Shown here: piece after piece, positions 25,520 through 39,542 of the stretch | How positions within the stretch are numbered: the first letter of the stretch is position 1 | Layout: each line of letters begins with the position of its first letter | Assembly (NCBI GenBank): GCA_024679065.1 | Contig: JAGIQG010000040.1 | Location: 3,844,001 to 3,908,000 of the forward strand | DNA length: 64,000 nucleotides | Direction: 5' to 3' | Source of the DNA: Sphyrna mokarran | Lineage: Eukaryota | Program-made: the position numbers and the translations under genes | Notes under the pieces: model-generated | What the model saw: the letters and a program-made list of their open reading frames with translations, nothing else | Told to the model about the DNA's origin: nothing | The model's database searches: none

Positions 25520-27520
25520 CCTAACCAGCTTCAGTTGCTTCATCAATCACTTTCAATCCATTAGAGGGTCTGAAGTTAGGATGTTCGCTGATGACTGAAC
25601 AACATCAGCACCATTCAAGCCACCTCAGATCATTACAACGGCAGCAATAGCTGGACAATCTCTAGGCTTTGACTGACAAGCTGCAAATAATATTTGCGCC
25701 ATACATCTTCCAGGAAATGACCAATTCCAAAAGGAAAAAAGCTAACAATTGGCTCTTGATATTTATGGTATCACCATGATTGAAAGAAAGGGCAAAGAAC
25801 AAAGAAAATTACAGTACAGGAACAGGCCCTTCGGCCCTCCAAGCTTGCAGCGACCATGCTACCCAAATTCATGAAACCCCCATTGCTTCCGGGGACCATA
25901 CCTCTCTATTCCCATCCTACACGCTCCTTAAAACTCACTATCGTATCTGCTTCCACTACCACTCCCGGCAATGAGTTCTAGGCGTCCACCACTCGATATG
26001 TAAAAATTCTGCCTCGTACATCTCCTTTAAACCTTGCCCTCGCAACTAAAATCTATGCCCCCTAGTAATTGACTCTTCCACCTTGGGAAAAAGCCTCTGA
26101 CACAGAACATAGAACACAGAACATTACAGCGCAGAACAAGCCCTTCGGCCTTCGATGTTGCGCTGACCAATTAGGAAAAAGCAATGACCCTCCAAACTAA
26201 ACCATTCCCTTTTCGTCCATAAACTTATCTACTAACCTCTTAAACGCCACCAAACTTGGCGCATCTACAACTGCAGCAGGCAGGGCATTCCATACCCTTA
26301 CCACCCTCTGGGTAAAGAACCTACCTCTGATATCTGTCCTATAACTACCACCCCTTAATTTAAAGCTATGTCCCCTCGTGCTAGCTTTCTCCATCCTAGG
26401 AAAAAGGCTATCACTGTCCACCCTGTCTAAACCTCTAATCATCTTATATGTTTCAATAAGGTAGACGATTCAATCGATTCAATCTGTACATGCCTCTCAT
26501 AGTCTTGTAGACTTCTATCAGGCCAACCCCCACTATCAACACCTTGTGGGTTAGCGTTGCTCAGAAACTGGACTGGACTATCCCTATAAGTGCTAATGCT
26601 GCAAGAGCGGGCCGGAAATCGGGAACCTTGTGGTGAATAACATATCTCCTATTTCCCAAATCCTCTGCACCATCCACACGACATAATCATGAACGTGGTA
26701 GTGTATTCGCCACTTGCCTGGATGAATGCAGCTCCAACACAAACAGAAACTTGACACGACCCAGGGCAAAGCAGCTCCAATTAATTAAATGTTTATTTAT
26801 TAGTGTCACGAGTAGGCTTACATTAAAACTGCCATTTCTATGAAAATCCCCTAGTCGCCACACTCTGCGCCTGTTCGGGTACACTGAGGGATAATTTAGC
26901 ACGGCCAATGCATGTAACCAGCACGTCTTTCAGACTGTGGGAGGAAACAGGAATACCTGGATCAAACCCACATTGACACAGGGAAAATGTGAAGACTCTG
27001 CACAGAGAAGCCAGGAATCGAACCCAGATCTCTGACGCTGTGGCAGGGAGGGGAGGGGGGAGGGAGATGGTAGATGGCCGTAGTACTAACCACTTGTCGC
27101 TCCAGCATTAAGTACTCCATTCACAAACATCCACTTCTTCCACCACCCAAGCACAATGGCAGCAGTGTGCACCATCCACAAGTTACACAGCAGTAACTTT
27201 CTAAGTCTCCTTCAGTTGAATCGTCCAAACACATGATCTTTATCATCTCACAGGACAAATGCAACAGATACCTGGGAACACCATTATCTGGATGTTCCCT
27301 TCCAAGTCACTCAGCTTCCTGACTTGGAAATGTTTCGGCCGTTCCTTCACTGTGGCTGGGTCAAAGTGGTCGAACTTCTTCCCTAACAGCACTATGTGTC
27401 TACGTACACCTTACAGACTGTAGAGGTTCAAGCAGGAGATTCACAGCCACCTTCTGAAGGTGGCAATTAGGGAATGGGAAGAAATGCTGACCTGCCAGCG
27501 ATGATGTTCACATTCTGTAA
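25520..27520 (+). mobile_element. Decayed non-LTR retrotransposon 3' part with nested CR1 and SINE pieces; a related fragment lies at ~62720-62960
   Basis: MFADD-like motif at ~25581 and the shared block caagagc.ggtcagaggct/ctgtccaccatc.acaagg; young CR1 3' end at ~26100-26460. Confidence 0.6.
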
Positions 27521-28017
27521 ATGAATAAAAATAATAAAAGCTGACTATTACATTTCAGGGCACTGTCCAGGACCGGCAGCTGCTGGTTCATCACCGAATT
27601 TGGGAAAGTATTAAATACTAGCCGGGATACTGGAGAATCCCGCTCCTCTGGAGAAATGCCCTGACTTCATTAATCTATTGCAGGGCTGAAATCAGGCCTC
27701 GGTTTCACGAGTTCTTCGGAAGACAGTGAAATACTGCATCGATGGAATGGTCTGGAGTCTGGGGTTTGATTCCTGTTGGGTCATCGACCCTGCACTCTTT
27801 GAACTCAGATTTGGGCCGAACTAAATGGCAGAGCTACCAATGTTTCTCCGTTGTGAATAATCAAGTGAACAAGTCCAATCGTGCTGTTTGATTCTTACTT
27901 TCTTCGTGGCTATTGATTATGACAACAACATTATTCGAAGTGATATTGAGAACAAACATAGTTACAGGAATGTCACTTGCTCACTAAATAAGTCAAACGT
28001 ATTTTTTGCCCTTCCAG

Positions 28018-28080
28018 ATAAACGTCAATGCCCTACAAGTCGAAATGATTCCTTGACAGAATTAAGTCACCCAGAAAACG
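28018..28080 (+). CDS. TRDC: TCR delta constant exon 2 (connecting peptide with interchain Cys)
   Basis: cttccAG|; DKRQCPTSRNDSLTELSHPEN; 63 bp, phase 1-1; donor GTATGT at 28081. Confidence 0.9.
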
Positions 28081-28490
28081 GTATGTGCTTTATTCAATAT
28101 TTATCAAAGTAAAATACTTGCAAATAGATTAAGAAGTGGACAAATATGCACGGATAGAGACGGGAGATCGAATGATAAACATATAGCGAGATGGGGAGAG
28201 AGATAGATTGTCACACAGGGTGAGTGAGAGAGATATATAAATCCAGGGAAAGAGAGGGGGCAGGGGTTTGGAGAGGGAGACAGAAATTCAGATTGAAGGA
28301 GAGATGAAGATAGATAGACAGCAGGCAGGCGGGCCGGCAGATGAACGGACGGACAGGGATGGACAGACGGACGAAAGTCAAGCAGTTAAGTAATAAAAAA
28401 AATCACATTAGTGGTAAATAGTTGTTTTTCAATTCCAAATAATATATACATTAAACCAGACTTATCATTCTTTTTCTCTTATTTTGGCAG

Positions 28491-28601
28491 ATCAAATAAG
28501 GGCGAACTCTTTGTCTTTGACGGTGATGGGGCTAAGAATTTTGTTTTTCAAGAGCATTGCCTTCAATGTCATGATGACGGCCAGGGTGTGGCTATTTTGA
28601 G
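28491..28601 (+). CDS. TRDC: TCR delta constant exon 3 (transmembrane), stop TGA 28598-28600
   Basis: DQIRANSLSLTVMGLRILFFKSIAFNVMMTARVWLF* has the R and K residues typical of TCR alpha/delta TMs; donor GTAAG at 28602. Confidence 0.95.
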
Positions 28602-29343
28602 GTAAGATCGGTTCCTAAGTGCATGCCCAGAAAGACAAAGTGTGATGGACACTATCCATTGACGGGATCTCGCGAGACCATTGTTAAGGCAGGCGCTAAA
28701 GCTAACCCGTGGAGTGAACATTCACTTGGATGCATTTAGGCAAACGGAATCTTATCCGCGTGCTCCATGCTCATTGCTTTTCATCCCGTTTTCCCCAACC
28801 CTCTCCCCCAATTGCATCCTTGACTTCTTAAATCTCTCCATCTAAGTGCTCTGGCTGCAAGACCATGTCGGAAATTGGAAATCCTGTGCTGAATAACGTA
28901 ACTTTTAATTCCCCCAATCCTCTGCACCATCCACAAGACATAGTCAGTTGTTTTTAATTATGGGTGTCACTGACTAGTCTAGCCTTTTACGCCCATCCCC
29001 TAGTCTTGAGCTGTGTGGCTCTTTCGGAGAGTCGGACAATGTTATTTAAAACTCAGTCGGTTGGTGCTCGCTGTTCCCCCTCTCTGCTTTCCGCTATTGT
29101 CTCTCTTTCTCTGTCCCCTTCCCGCTCACTCACGTCGGCGAGCATGTCTCCATCTACTTTGTCTGATAGAGTCGGTGCAGACTCTATCAGTCAAATGCAG
29201 CCTTCTGTCGGGGTTCTTGTGCACTTGCATTAGTTTCTGAGAATATTAATGGAGAATATTAATAGAGAGCCCAAAAATAAAACATGTTCTTTGCTTGCTG
29301 ATCTTTGACATACTACCATTGTTGCTCCTTTCATTCCGAACAG

Positions 29344-30650
29344 AACTGCGTTGGACGATGAAATGGATTCAAGTGTGAACTCATTGACTGGAGCACAAAA
29401 TCCAGACGCTTTCTGATCATAGATTCCAATTCAAGCAATTCAATCTCGCTTGTTTTAAATGGTGGCTTAACTTTTAAAGATCCTCATTTCGATAACTCTT
29501 ATCAATTGTTATTTTGATTTAAAACTCGTGATTCTGCATGAATTCTACTGCTTATCCGATACAAAATTTCAATTATATATTTTAGTAACAGCATGGAGCT
29601 AATATATGGTTTCAGCCTGCATTAGTGTCAGAGACATTTTTGAAAACAGCATTTTCAATTTTAGGACATATAAAACTTCGATTTTTATAATCTTTGCTTA
29701 GAATAGTAGAATCCTATTGCAGAGAAAGCAGCCACTTATGCCATAGTGACAGTACCAGTCCCTTTACAGGGCAATCTAGCTAATGGCATCTCAACATTCC
29801 CTTTTTGTTATTTTGTTCAAGCAGTTATTTTAAATATTGCGTTTTTATTACATGCAATTTAAGAGTGTAAGATACATTTAATCAGCAAGGGTCTGATCGA
29901 ATTTTCATCAAACTCGATAACTCAATAGATTTGAATGGGAACAGGGAAGCGGAGAAATGACCCTATCTGATTCAATCAGTTTTAGTTAGCCTGTGTTCCT
30001 TTTTTAGTATTTCAAGAGCTAGTGGAGGAAAGGATAAGCTTGACTGCCTGGAGTTACTTCTCTGAATCAAAGGAAGTCGATCAGAGCGAAAATCGGGCGG
30101 TTATTGGGATGCCACCCGCTTTTAGATTGTAGTTAAGATGATGTTCTGTCTCCCATCTTAATCTTGGACTCCAGATATTTCTCTCAGTGCCAAGGAGGCA
30201 TTCAGCCCCCACCTGTACGTCCGGGCCCTTAGAGATAATCGAGGCACCACCTGCCACTGTGTAGAGCTTTATCATTACACGGCATTTCACAAGTAAGGTG
30301 AGCAAGAGTTTTTGAACATTTCGCCTTTAGCTTAGCCTAAACTCAATCTATCTTATAAACAGTGCTCTCAGGTTTTTTCACAAAAGGGATTCATACATGT
30401 TAAAGATCGTCCTGTTAGTCAGGAGATGCGAGAGTTATGGGGATAAGGTGGTAGATTGGAGCTGAGGATAATATGAAACCAGCCATGATTTCATTAAAGA
30501 CCAAGCAGACCGGATGGACTGAATGGTCCACTTCTGCTCCTCCGCCTTAAGGTCTTCTGCTTCGTCAATCACAGTTTTATGCGTATTTGTCACCTTCTTC
30601 TTTTGTCATATGCGTCGCAATTAATATTGAATAAATTTTCAGTCTTTAAT
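29344..30650 (+). other. TRDC: Probable TRDC exon 4 (3' UTR); 3' end uncertain, candidate AATAAA at 30630-30635
   Basis: Pyrimidine tract and CAG acceptor at 29341-29343. The donor immediately after the stop codon implies a fourth exon, as in mammalian TRAC/TRDC. Confidence 0.6.
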
Positions 30651-30899
30651 GAAGGGTGTCTTCTGTCTCTTTGTTAATGCGTTGGCAAAACATGCATTTG
30701 GTTTGGTCAATACAGCGTCGTCACGCAGCACAAATGGAGACCACTCGGCCCATCATGAGGATACCAGCTTCCCATGGCAGATCCTGCCAATTGGAGCCAA
30801 TTTATTTTGAAGTCCAAGAATTGGAAGTCTAAAGTTTGAAATCTCTGGTCTCGGGGCTAAGGTTTATTCGTTCGATGGCCATTCCAATTTAAAAAAAAC

Positions 30900-31900
30900 A
30901 AAGAAAATTATAGTACAGAAACAGGACCTTCACCCCGCCCCCCACTCCCCCAAAGCCTGCACTCTCCATGCTGCCCCACTGAATTAAAACCCCTCTCCTT
31001 CCGCGGACCATATCCCTCTCCTATATAGTATTTGTCCAGACAGCCCTTAAAAGTCACTATTGTATTTGTTTCCACTATCTTCCCTGGCAGCGATTTCCAA
31101 GCACCCACCGCCTTTTGTGTGGAAAAAAAAACTTGCCTTGTACATCTCCTTTAAGCCTTGTCCTCCGCACCTTAAAGGTATGTCCTTTAGTAACTGAGCC
31201 TTCCACCCTGTGAAAAAGTTGACCATCCACTCTATGCATGCCTCTCATAATATTGTACACTTTGATCAGGTCATCCAACAACCTCCGTCTTCCAGTGAGA
31301 ACAACTCAAGTTTCTCCAACCTCTCCTCATTGCTAATGCCCTCCATACCAGGCAACATCTGGTAAATCGTTTGTGTACCCTCTCCAAAGCCTCCACATAT
31401 TTCTGGTAGTATAGATGCCAAAATTGAACACGTTGCAAGTGCGGCCTAACTAAGATCCCATAAATCTGCAACACGACTTGCCAATTTTTAAACTCAGTGC
31501 CTCAGCCAATGAAGTCAAGCATGTTGTATGCCTTCTTGACTTTCTTTCCCAAATGCGTTGCCACTTCCAGATCCCTCTGCCCATCAATATTCTTAAGGGC
31601 ATTGCCGTTTACTGTATATTTCCTATCTGTATTAGACCTTCCAAACTGCAACATCTCACATGTGTCTGGATTAATTTCCATCTGCCATCTCTCTATCCAA
31701 GTGCCTAACAGATCTATGCCCTGCTGTATCCTCTGATAGTTCTCATCGCTATTCACAAATTTATCAATCAGCAAATCTATCAAAATTTGTTCTGTCTGCA
31801 AACGTACTGATCAATCCAGCTACATTTTCCTCGAAATCATATATGCATATTATAAACATCAAAAGTCCTAGCATTGATCCTTGACGAATCCCACTTGTGG
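30900..31900 (-). mobile_element. Decayed CR1 3' portion
   Basis: ORFs 30908-31801 with RT C-terminal motifs (LVRPHLQRVQFW, WQMEINPDTCEM). Confidence 0.85.
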
Positions 31901-33079
31901 GGGATCTTACCATTCTGCTGCCGTCTCCACCCCATCCTCCCCATCTCCCACCACCCCCCCCCCACGACCCGCTTAAAAATATAATAACAAAAAAATGGGA
32001 GTTAAGGTAATGGTAGAAGGCAAGTTTCCTAACAGAAATGACGAAATTCAGGAGCTAACCCGACCAGAAAAGCAAGAAAAATCCCAAATATCCCCAACAC
32101 CAAAAGATGAAGTCTGCTCCTGTGCCTGATTTAACTACATCGTTTGCAGTGGAAATTAGGGCCATTTGGGATGAGCTATAAATATTAGCGGTGCAGTGTC
32201 CCCCCCCCCCATATATAATATATTTGTTACTTCATTCATTGTTACGTGCATTGTTGACGGGGCCAGAATGTATTTCCCATGCTAAATCACCATTGAACTG
32301 CATGGCTTTCATTGACCACCGTGTTGTACTTGAAGTCTCATGTAGTGAACCAGATGGATTTTAACAACAATTGATTCGATTGTTGAATTCCAGATTGTTT
32401 TTGTAGAATTCAGATTTCTGCCACTGCCATGGCAAGAATTCAATCCTTGCATTTGCCCAAAACATTATCCCTGACTTTCTGGATTAATCGTCATGTCGTT
32501 ACAACATCCCTGAATGACGAGGGAGGAACAATTTATTAGAATGGGTTCTGTGCTTGTGTTAACCATAGAATACAATAATAGAATCGTAGAACCCTTAAAT
32601 TGAAAAAAGAAGCCATTCAGTCCATCGAGTAAGCACTGACTCTCCAAAAGAGAAATCAAACCAGACCTCCCCTTTGCCCATGGCCAATTCGCTTCACCTG
32701 CACTTCTGTAGGACACAAAGGTACATTTTGGCATGACCAATCCACCCAAGATGCACATTCTTGGACTGAGGGAGACTAGAGCATCCAGATGAAACCCACG
32801 CAGATATAGGGAGAACGTGCAAATTCAGCACAGGCAGCCGTGCAAGGCTGAAATCGAATCCGTGTCTCTGGCACAGAAGAGCTAACCACTGTGCCTAGGA
32901 CTCTAGATGATTTGGTCAGAGACCGTTCCCCACTGCAACCCATCATACTTTAGTGTGAGTGCTCAACCTGTATTTGATATTTTAAGATGAATGATCCAGC
33001 TCTTTAATAAGAATGACACAAATTACACTTTTCAGTCTCGATGTTCATGGTCTGAATATCCTATCCGGTGTTGATATTC

Positions 33080-33470
33080 ATTTGCTCTTGGCAACAGAGG
33101 GTTAATCGACTTTGAGTTGCTTCTTTTGATAGAAAATGCTGAGATGTAATGATACATGTGTTCACTGCTGATTGGGGGAAGCAGGTTCTGGTTGGCAAGG
33201 AGACCAACGGCAGCAGGAAGTGCGCTGAGTGTGCGGTTTCAGTCAAGAGGTCGCTGAGCCTCTCAGTTTGCTCAAAGACCAGAACTTGCGGTTTAATCAC
33301 CCGGGACTGGAAACTCCAGCAGCGAGATGGCAGTTAGGCAGTGTGGAGCAGGGGGGAGGGGTGAGAGACCAGATGTTGCCAACTCTCGACAAGCATGAAT
33401 CTTTTCAGAGACTTTCCTAGCGACTGAAGCTGCAGGAGATTTTTGCAAAAGACAGTTTCAAAGGCACACA
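33080..33470. promoter_or_regulatory. Candidate T-cell enhancer (ETS/RUNX/TCF/E-box motif cluster)
   Basis: CAGGAAGTG 33214-33222, TGCGGT 33232-33237 and 33287-33292, CAGATG 33370-33375, TTCAAAG 33457-33463, in apparently non-repetitive DNA. Confidence 0.35.
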
Positions 33471-34376
33471 GCCTCTGAAAGAAGAAACAGTTCATTTTTT
33501 TGCCCTCTTTCCTATCTGTCCGGCAAAGGTTAAACATTCCATCAGGTTCCACACCGCTGCCCCCATCACTCCTCCGACGCCCGCTCACTCCCTCCCCCCA
33601 CATCCTCCCACTCCCCCCCGCTAAAGAGTCATATATGTTTCAAAACATCATCACTCTTCTGTACTCCAATGGACTCTGTCCGATTTTTCCTCGTATAACA
33701 CCGTCCCAAGTCCCCAATCCAGTTGAGTGAAAACACTTGCTTTCCCCCCTGAAGAAGAAAATCTGCGGTTTTGACACCGTCTGGTTTTCATGTGACTCCC
33801 GACACACAGCATTTTTTATTCATTAATGGAACATGGGCGTTTGTTGCCCATCTCCAGTTGCCCTTGGAAACAGTTGACAGTCAACCACATTGATGTGGCT
33901 CTGGACTCATGTGTAGGCCAAACCAGGTAAGCACTGTAGGTTTCCTTCCCTAAATGACATAGCAACGCAGACTTTTTTTCTAAAAATTGACAATGATTTC
34001 ACTGTCATCAGTAGATTCGAAATTTGGGATGTTTTTATTGAATTGGGTTTCAAAAACGGGACCCCAGAACATTGGCTGAGTTTTTGGATTGATACTCTAG
34101 CGATAACATCACTACACCATTTCTTCGCCTGTTTGACTGTTAACTAATACCTGAGATGGCCATTAGCAAACTATAATATTCAAATACAATTAGCAACAGC
34201 AACACAAAACCAGAAAATGCTGGAAAAGTTCTGCAGCTCTGACACCATCTGTGTTAACGTTTCGAGTCTGGGTGGCTCTGACGAATCGTCATTGAGACTC
34301 GAAACTTTGGCTCTATTCTCTCTCATCAGATGCTGTCGACCCACTGAGATGTTTCAGAATCCTCCTATTTTGTTTT

Positions 34377-37300
34377 AGATATAGATATAGATATAGAACA
34401 TTACAGCACAGAACAGGCCCTTCGGCGTTCGATGTTGTGCCGACCAAAATAAAAAGCAATGCCCCTCCTAACTAAACCATTCCCTTCTCATCCATATACT
34501 TATCAACTAACCTCTTAAACGCCACCAAACTTGGCGCATCTACAACAGCTGCAGGCAGGGCATTCCACTCCCTAATCACTCTTTGAGTAAAGAACCTACC
34601 TCTGATATCCGTCCTATAACTCATACCCCTTAATTTAAAGCTGTGTCCCCTCGTGCTAGCTTTCTCCATCCTAGGAAAAAGGCTATCACTGTCCACCCTA
34701 TCTAAACCTCTAATCATCTTATATGCTTCAATAAGATCCCCTCTTAGCCGCCTCCTTTCTAACGAAAACAACCTCAAATCCTTCAACCTCTCTTCATAGG
34801 ACCTGCCCTCCATACCAGGCAACATCCTGGTAAACCTCCTCTGTACCCTCTCCAATGCCTCCACATCTTTCTTATAATGTGGGGACCAGAACTGCACACA
34901 ATACTCCAAGTGCGGCCGCACTAGAGTTTTGTACAGTTGCAACATGATGCTGCGGCTCCTAAATTCAATCCCCCTACCAATAAAAGCTAAGACTCCATAT
35001 GCCTTCTTAACAACTTTATCCACTTGACTGCCTACTTTCAGGGATCTATTGACACATACACCAAGATCCTTCTGTTCCTCAACATATTAAGAGCCCTACC
35101 ATTAGCCCTATACTCTACACATTTATTGTTCCTGCCAAAGTGCATTACCTCACACTTTTCCACATTAAACTCCATTTGCCACCTCTCGGCCCAGCTCTGC
35201 AACTTGTCCAAGTCACTCTGTAAACTATAACACCCCTCTTCACTATCTACCACTCCACCAACTTTAGTGTCATCTGCAAATTTACTGATCCATCCCTCAA
35301 TACCCTCATCCAGATCATTTATAAAAATTACAAACAGCAGGGCCCCAAAACAGACCCCTGAGGTACACCACTTGTCACCGAACTCCACGATGAATATCTC
35401 CCATCAACCACCACCCTCTGTCTTCTATCTGCCAGCCAATTCCTAATCCAATTAGCTAAATCACCCTCTATTCCACACATCTGCATTTTCTGTAGAAGTC
35501 TTCCATGGGCCACCTTATCAAACGCCTTACTAAAGTCCATATATACTACATCAACCGCCTTACCCCCATCCACCTCTGTGGTCACTTTCTCAAAAAACTC
35601 AATGAGGTTAGTAAGGCATGACCTACCCTTCACAAAACCATGCTGACTATCCCCAATCAATTCATTTCTCTCTAAATAACTATAAATCCTATCCCTAATA
35701 ATTCTCTCCAATACCTTGCCCACAACAGAAGTAAGACTCACTGGCCTATAATTCCTGGAAGGTCTCTCTTCCCCTTCTTAAACAATGGGACCACATTCGC
35801 TATCCTCCAGTCCTCCGGAACCACACCCGTAACCAACGAGGACCTGAAGATCAGAGCCAGAGGCTCTGCAATCTCCTCTCTTGCCTCCCAGAGAATCCTA
35901 GGGTAAATCCCGTCCGGCCCAGGGGACTTATCCAACTTCAAACCCTCGAGAATTTCTAGCACATCCTCCCTATCTACTACAATACTACCCAATTTGCAAC
36001 CCTGTACCTCAGTGTTCTCCATAGCTACATTTCCAGCACTCTGCGTGAATACCGAAGAGAAATATTTATTCAGTGCCTCACCAATCTCTTCAGGCTCCAC
36101 GCACAACTTCCCACTGCTGTCTATGACTGGCCCTAATCTTGCCCTAACCAATCTTCTATTCTTAACATACCGAAAGAAAGCTTTAGGATTCTCCTTAATC
36201 CTATCAGCCAACATCTTCTCGTGTCCCCTCTTAGCTCTCCTCAATTCACTTTTTAGCTCCTTCCTGGCTAATCTATAGCTATCCATTGCACTAACTGAGC
36301 CTTCAAGCCTCATCCTGACATAAGCCTCCTTTTTCTTCTTAACCAGCAAATCAACTTTTTTCGTACACCAAGGCTCTCTTACTCGACCATTTCCTCCCTG
36401 CCTGACAGGGACATACTTATCAAGGACTCGCAGCAGCTGCTCCTTGAATAAGCACCACATTCCAGATGTTCCCAGTCCCTGTAGTTCCTAGTCCAATCTA
36501 TGCACCCTAATTCTCTCCTGATGGCCTCATAATTACCCTTCCCCCAGCTATAACTACTGCCCCCAGCTTCATGCCTATCCCTGTCCATCACTAAGGTGAA
36601 CGTAACCGAATTGTGGTCACTATCACCAAAATGTTCACTAACTTCCAAGCCTAACACCTGGTCTGGCTCATTGCCCAGCACCAAATACAATGTAGCCTCA
36701 CCTCTAGTTGGCCTATCTACATACTGAGTCAAAAAACCTTCCTGCACACTCTGTACGAAAACTGACCCCTCTAACGAGCTAGAGCTATAGCTATTCCAAT
36801 CAATATTAGCAAAGTTAAAGTCCCCCATCACAATTACCCTACTACTTTCACTCCTAATCAGAATTGACTTTGCAATCCTTTCCTCAACCTCTCTAGAACT
36901 ATTAGGAGGTCTGTAAAAGACTCCCAACAGGGTGACCTCTCCTCTCCTGTTTCTAATCTCAGCCCATACTACCTCAACAGAGAAGTCCTCATCAAAGTTC
37001 TTTTCTATCACTGTGATACAGTCTTTGACCAATAATGCCACTCCTCCCCCTCTTCTACCTCCTTCTCTACTCCGACTAAAGCATTTGTACCCCGGAACCT
37101 GCAATATCCATTCCTGTCCCTGCTCTACCCAAGTCTCTGAAATGGCCACAACATCGAAGTTCCAGGTACTGGTCCAAGCTGCAAGTTCCTCCCCCTTATT
37201 GCGAATACTCCTTGCATTAAAGTATACGCATTTCAAACCATGCCCCACCCCACCCGTACGCCGCTGTGTTTTACAACTCTCTTCTATAACCCCCTTACTC

Positions 37301-37580
37301 TCATCCCTCTCAGCACCCCAACTACTTAGGATCCCACCCCCCCCCCGAATCAGTTTAAAGCCCCCATCATAGCCTTAGCAAATTTTCCCCCCAAGATATT
37401 AGTCCCCCTCTGGTTCAGGTGTAGACCATCTCTCTTGAAGAGGTCCCACCTATCCCAGAATGAGTCCCAATTGTTAAGGAACCTGAACCCCTCCCTCCTG
37501 CACCATCCACGCAGCCATGAGTTCAAACTTTCCCTTTCTCTGTTCTTCTCTAAACTATCCCTTGGCACAGGCAAGAGTCC
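34377..37580 (-). mobile_element. Young CR1 LINE with complete but frameshifted ORF2 (APE endonuclease and RT) and the 3' end of an esterase-like ORF1
   Basis: ORFs 36379-37248 (YFNARSIRNK..SETW..GDFN..SDH), 35738-36460, 35328-35741, 35038-35388 and 34472-35023; ORF1 motif LFKRDGLHLNQRG at 37350-37580. Confidence 0.96.
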
Positions 37581-38809
37581 AGAGATATAGAATCCACAGT
37601 AATTAACGTTTCGGATGAAAACAGGCTGTGAGTTGGAATTCTCGAAATGAGCTACACATTCCTTTTCAGGGAAGAAACCAGCGTAGGCCAAAGTGCAGCA
37701 TTTTAGTCAAAAACAGGAAACGCTGCTTGCATTAAGACAGCCAGTGACTGTGCAACTGAGAAACCGAGTTAAGGTTTCAGACTCAAGTATTTGCATGAGG
37801 ACTGGAAGATATAAGAGATGAAGAGTTATTTTTATTCTTCCGCCCCATGTGGTTGCTGCAGCCTCTCGCCTCTTGACTATCTGAATGTTTCAGAAGATAG
37901 GTAAATGTGGGTCATATTTCTCTAGGTCTTGTCTCACACACAGTCCGCGTTGTAGGCAGATTTCCCTTCTGAAAGAACATAAAAACTAGAAACAGGAATA
38001 GGCCACCTGGCCCTCTGAATCTGATCCACCATTCAATAAAAACATAAATGATCTTTTCGTGGACTCCGCTCCCCTTACTCGCCCGCTCACCATAACCCTG
38101 AATTCCTTTACTGCTTTAAAATCTATCTTTGCCTTTAAAACTTTTAACGATGCAGTCTCAACTGCTTCACTGCGCAGGGAGTTTTACAGATTCACAGCTA
38201 TTTCGGTGAAAATGTTCCTCCTCAACACAGTCCAAAATCTCTTCGTCTTTATTTTGAAATTTTGCCCCTTAATTCTATTTTCATCCGCCAGTAGAAACGA
38301 TCTCCTTGCTTGTATCTATCTATTACCTTCATAATTGTATGCGTTTCTATAAGACCTCCCCCCCCACTTTTTCTTCCAAATTCCAATGAGCATTGGCACA
38401 GCATTGGTGCACAGTATGTGGTTTTGCAACAACAGATGTTAGTTTTTTTAAGCTCTCTATTATTCAGGCGAATTTTCAATTCTACATTATTATCAATTAA
38501 ATTTGAATTCCACCTGTCACCGTTGGTGGGATTTGAACTCGTGGGTCCAGAGCACCAGAAAATACTGTCCCAAGCCGCCGCCATTACTACGATAAAATCA
38601 CAAGGGCAATAAATACTGGGAACACAATCAAAAAGAGATTCACCCTCCAAGTCACTCACCATCCCGAAACATATCGGCCGTTCCTTCAGTACTGCTAGAA
38701 CATAATCCCGGAATTGTCAGAATTTTATAACTTTCAATGAGACCTTCCATTCTTCCGAATTTAACTGAAAGCATGCCTCAATCTCTCCTCAAAAGGTAAT
38801 GTTTAAATC

Positions 38810-39542
38810 CAGAGACTTAGCTTTAAGGGGAGCAAACGATCCCTCCTGAGCACATTCTTCAAAAGTAGCGCCTTTCCAACTGGGTGTTCCTCACGGGCCC
38901 CTCAGATTTCTTCCCCAGATCTGAATTCCTTGATCCGTGTACTGCAATCGTGGGATGCGACATGGATTCGGGGCCTTCAGACAGCGAGGAATGCGTGCAA
39001 TCTCCCGAGACGGCATGCAATCAGGAGGATAATTGCAGAGGCCGCGAAGGACATAAATATGCAGCCACAGTGACCATCAATAATGTACTAAAATTCATGA
39101 TCGCAAATGACATGTGTTGCATTTATCCTAACCTGTCCACACTGTACATTTTTTTGACTTTATCAATAACCAGCACGGTTGCGGAACAATCCTTTAACCG
39201 GCTCAAACACATAAAGTCCTACCTTTTTTAATGGGCAAGGATAGATTGTATGGGTTAGCTTTGGTCTCCATTGAAAAGCAGTTGGCTACTGAGGTGCAGT
39301 ATAATAAAGCAATAGATAACTTCGGTACAATGAAGCCTAGACGAAAAAGGCTGTTGTAGTTGCTTCACACTTTTTCATATTGCTTCGTTTTGTTTTAATT
39401 AAATGGCATCCATATTTTTTGTAATGTTTTGATTTTAAATACAAAATAAAAATGTATAATGAGTTTAAAATTATTTGGCATGCGTCGTGGTGCCTTTCTT
39501 ATGTTCTCGATCTCCCTAACTTTAGAACCTGACTACGCCTTG
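38810..39542 (+). mobile_element. hAT DNA transposon relic (transposase C-terminal dimerisation domain)
   Basis: IYPNLSTLYIFLTLSITSTVAEQSFNRLKHIKSYL..MGKDRLYGLALVSIEK at ~39120-39360; TIR-like GACTACGCCTTG at ~39531-39542. Confidence 0.8.

Noticed and set aside
24713-28601. Calling the constant region TCR alpha
   Set aside because: A 12/23 D lies directly upstream of the Js, and the C1 domain is full length with both cysteines, which fits delta.
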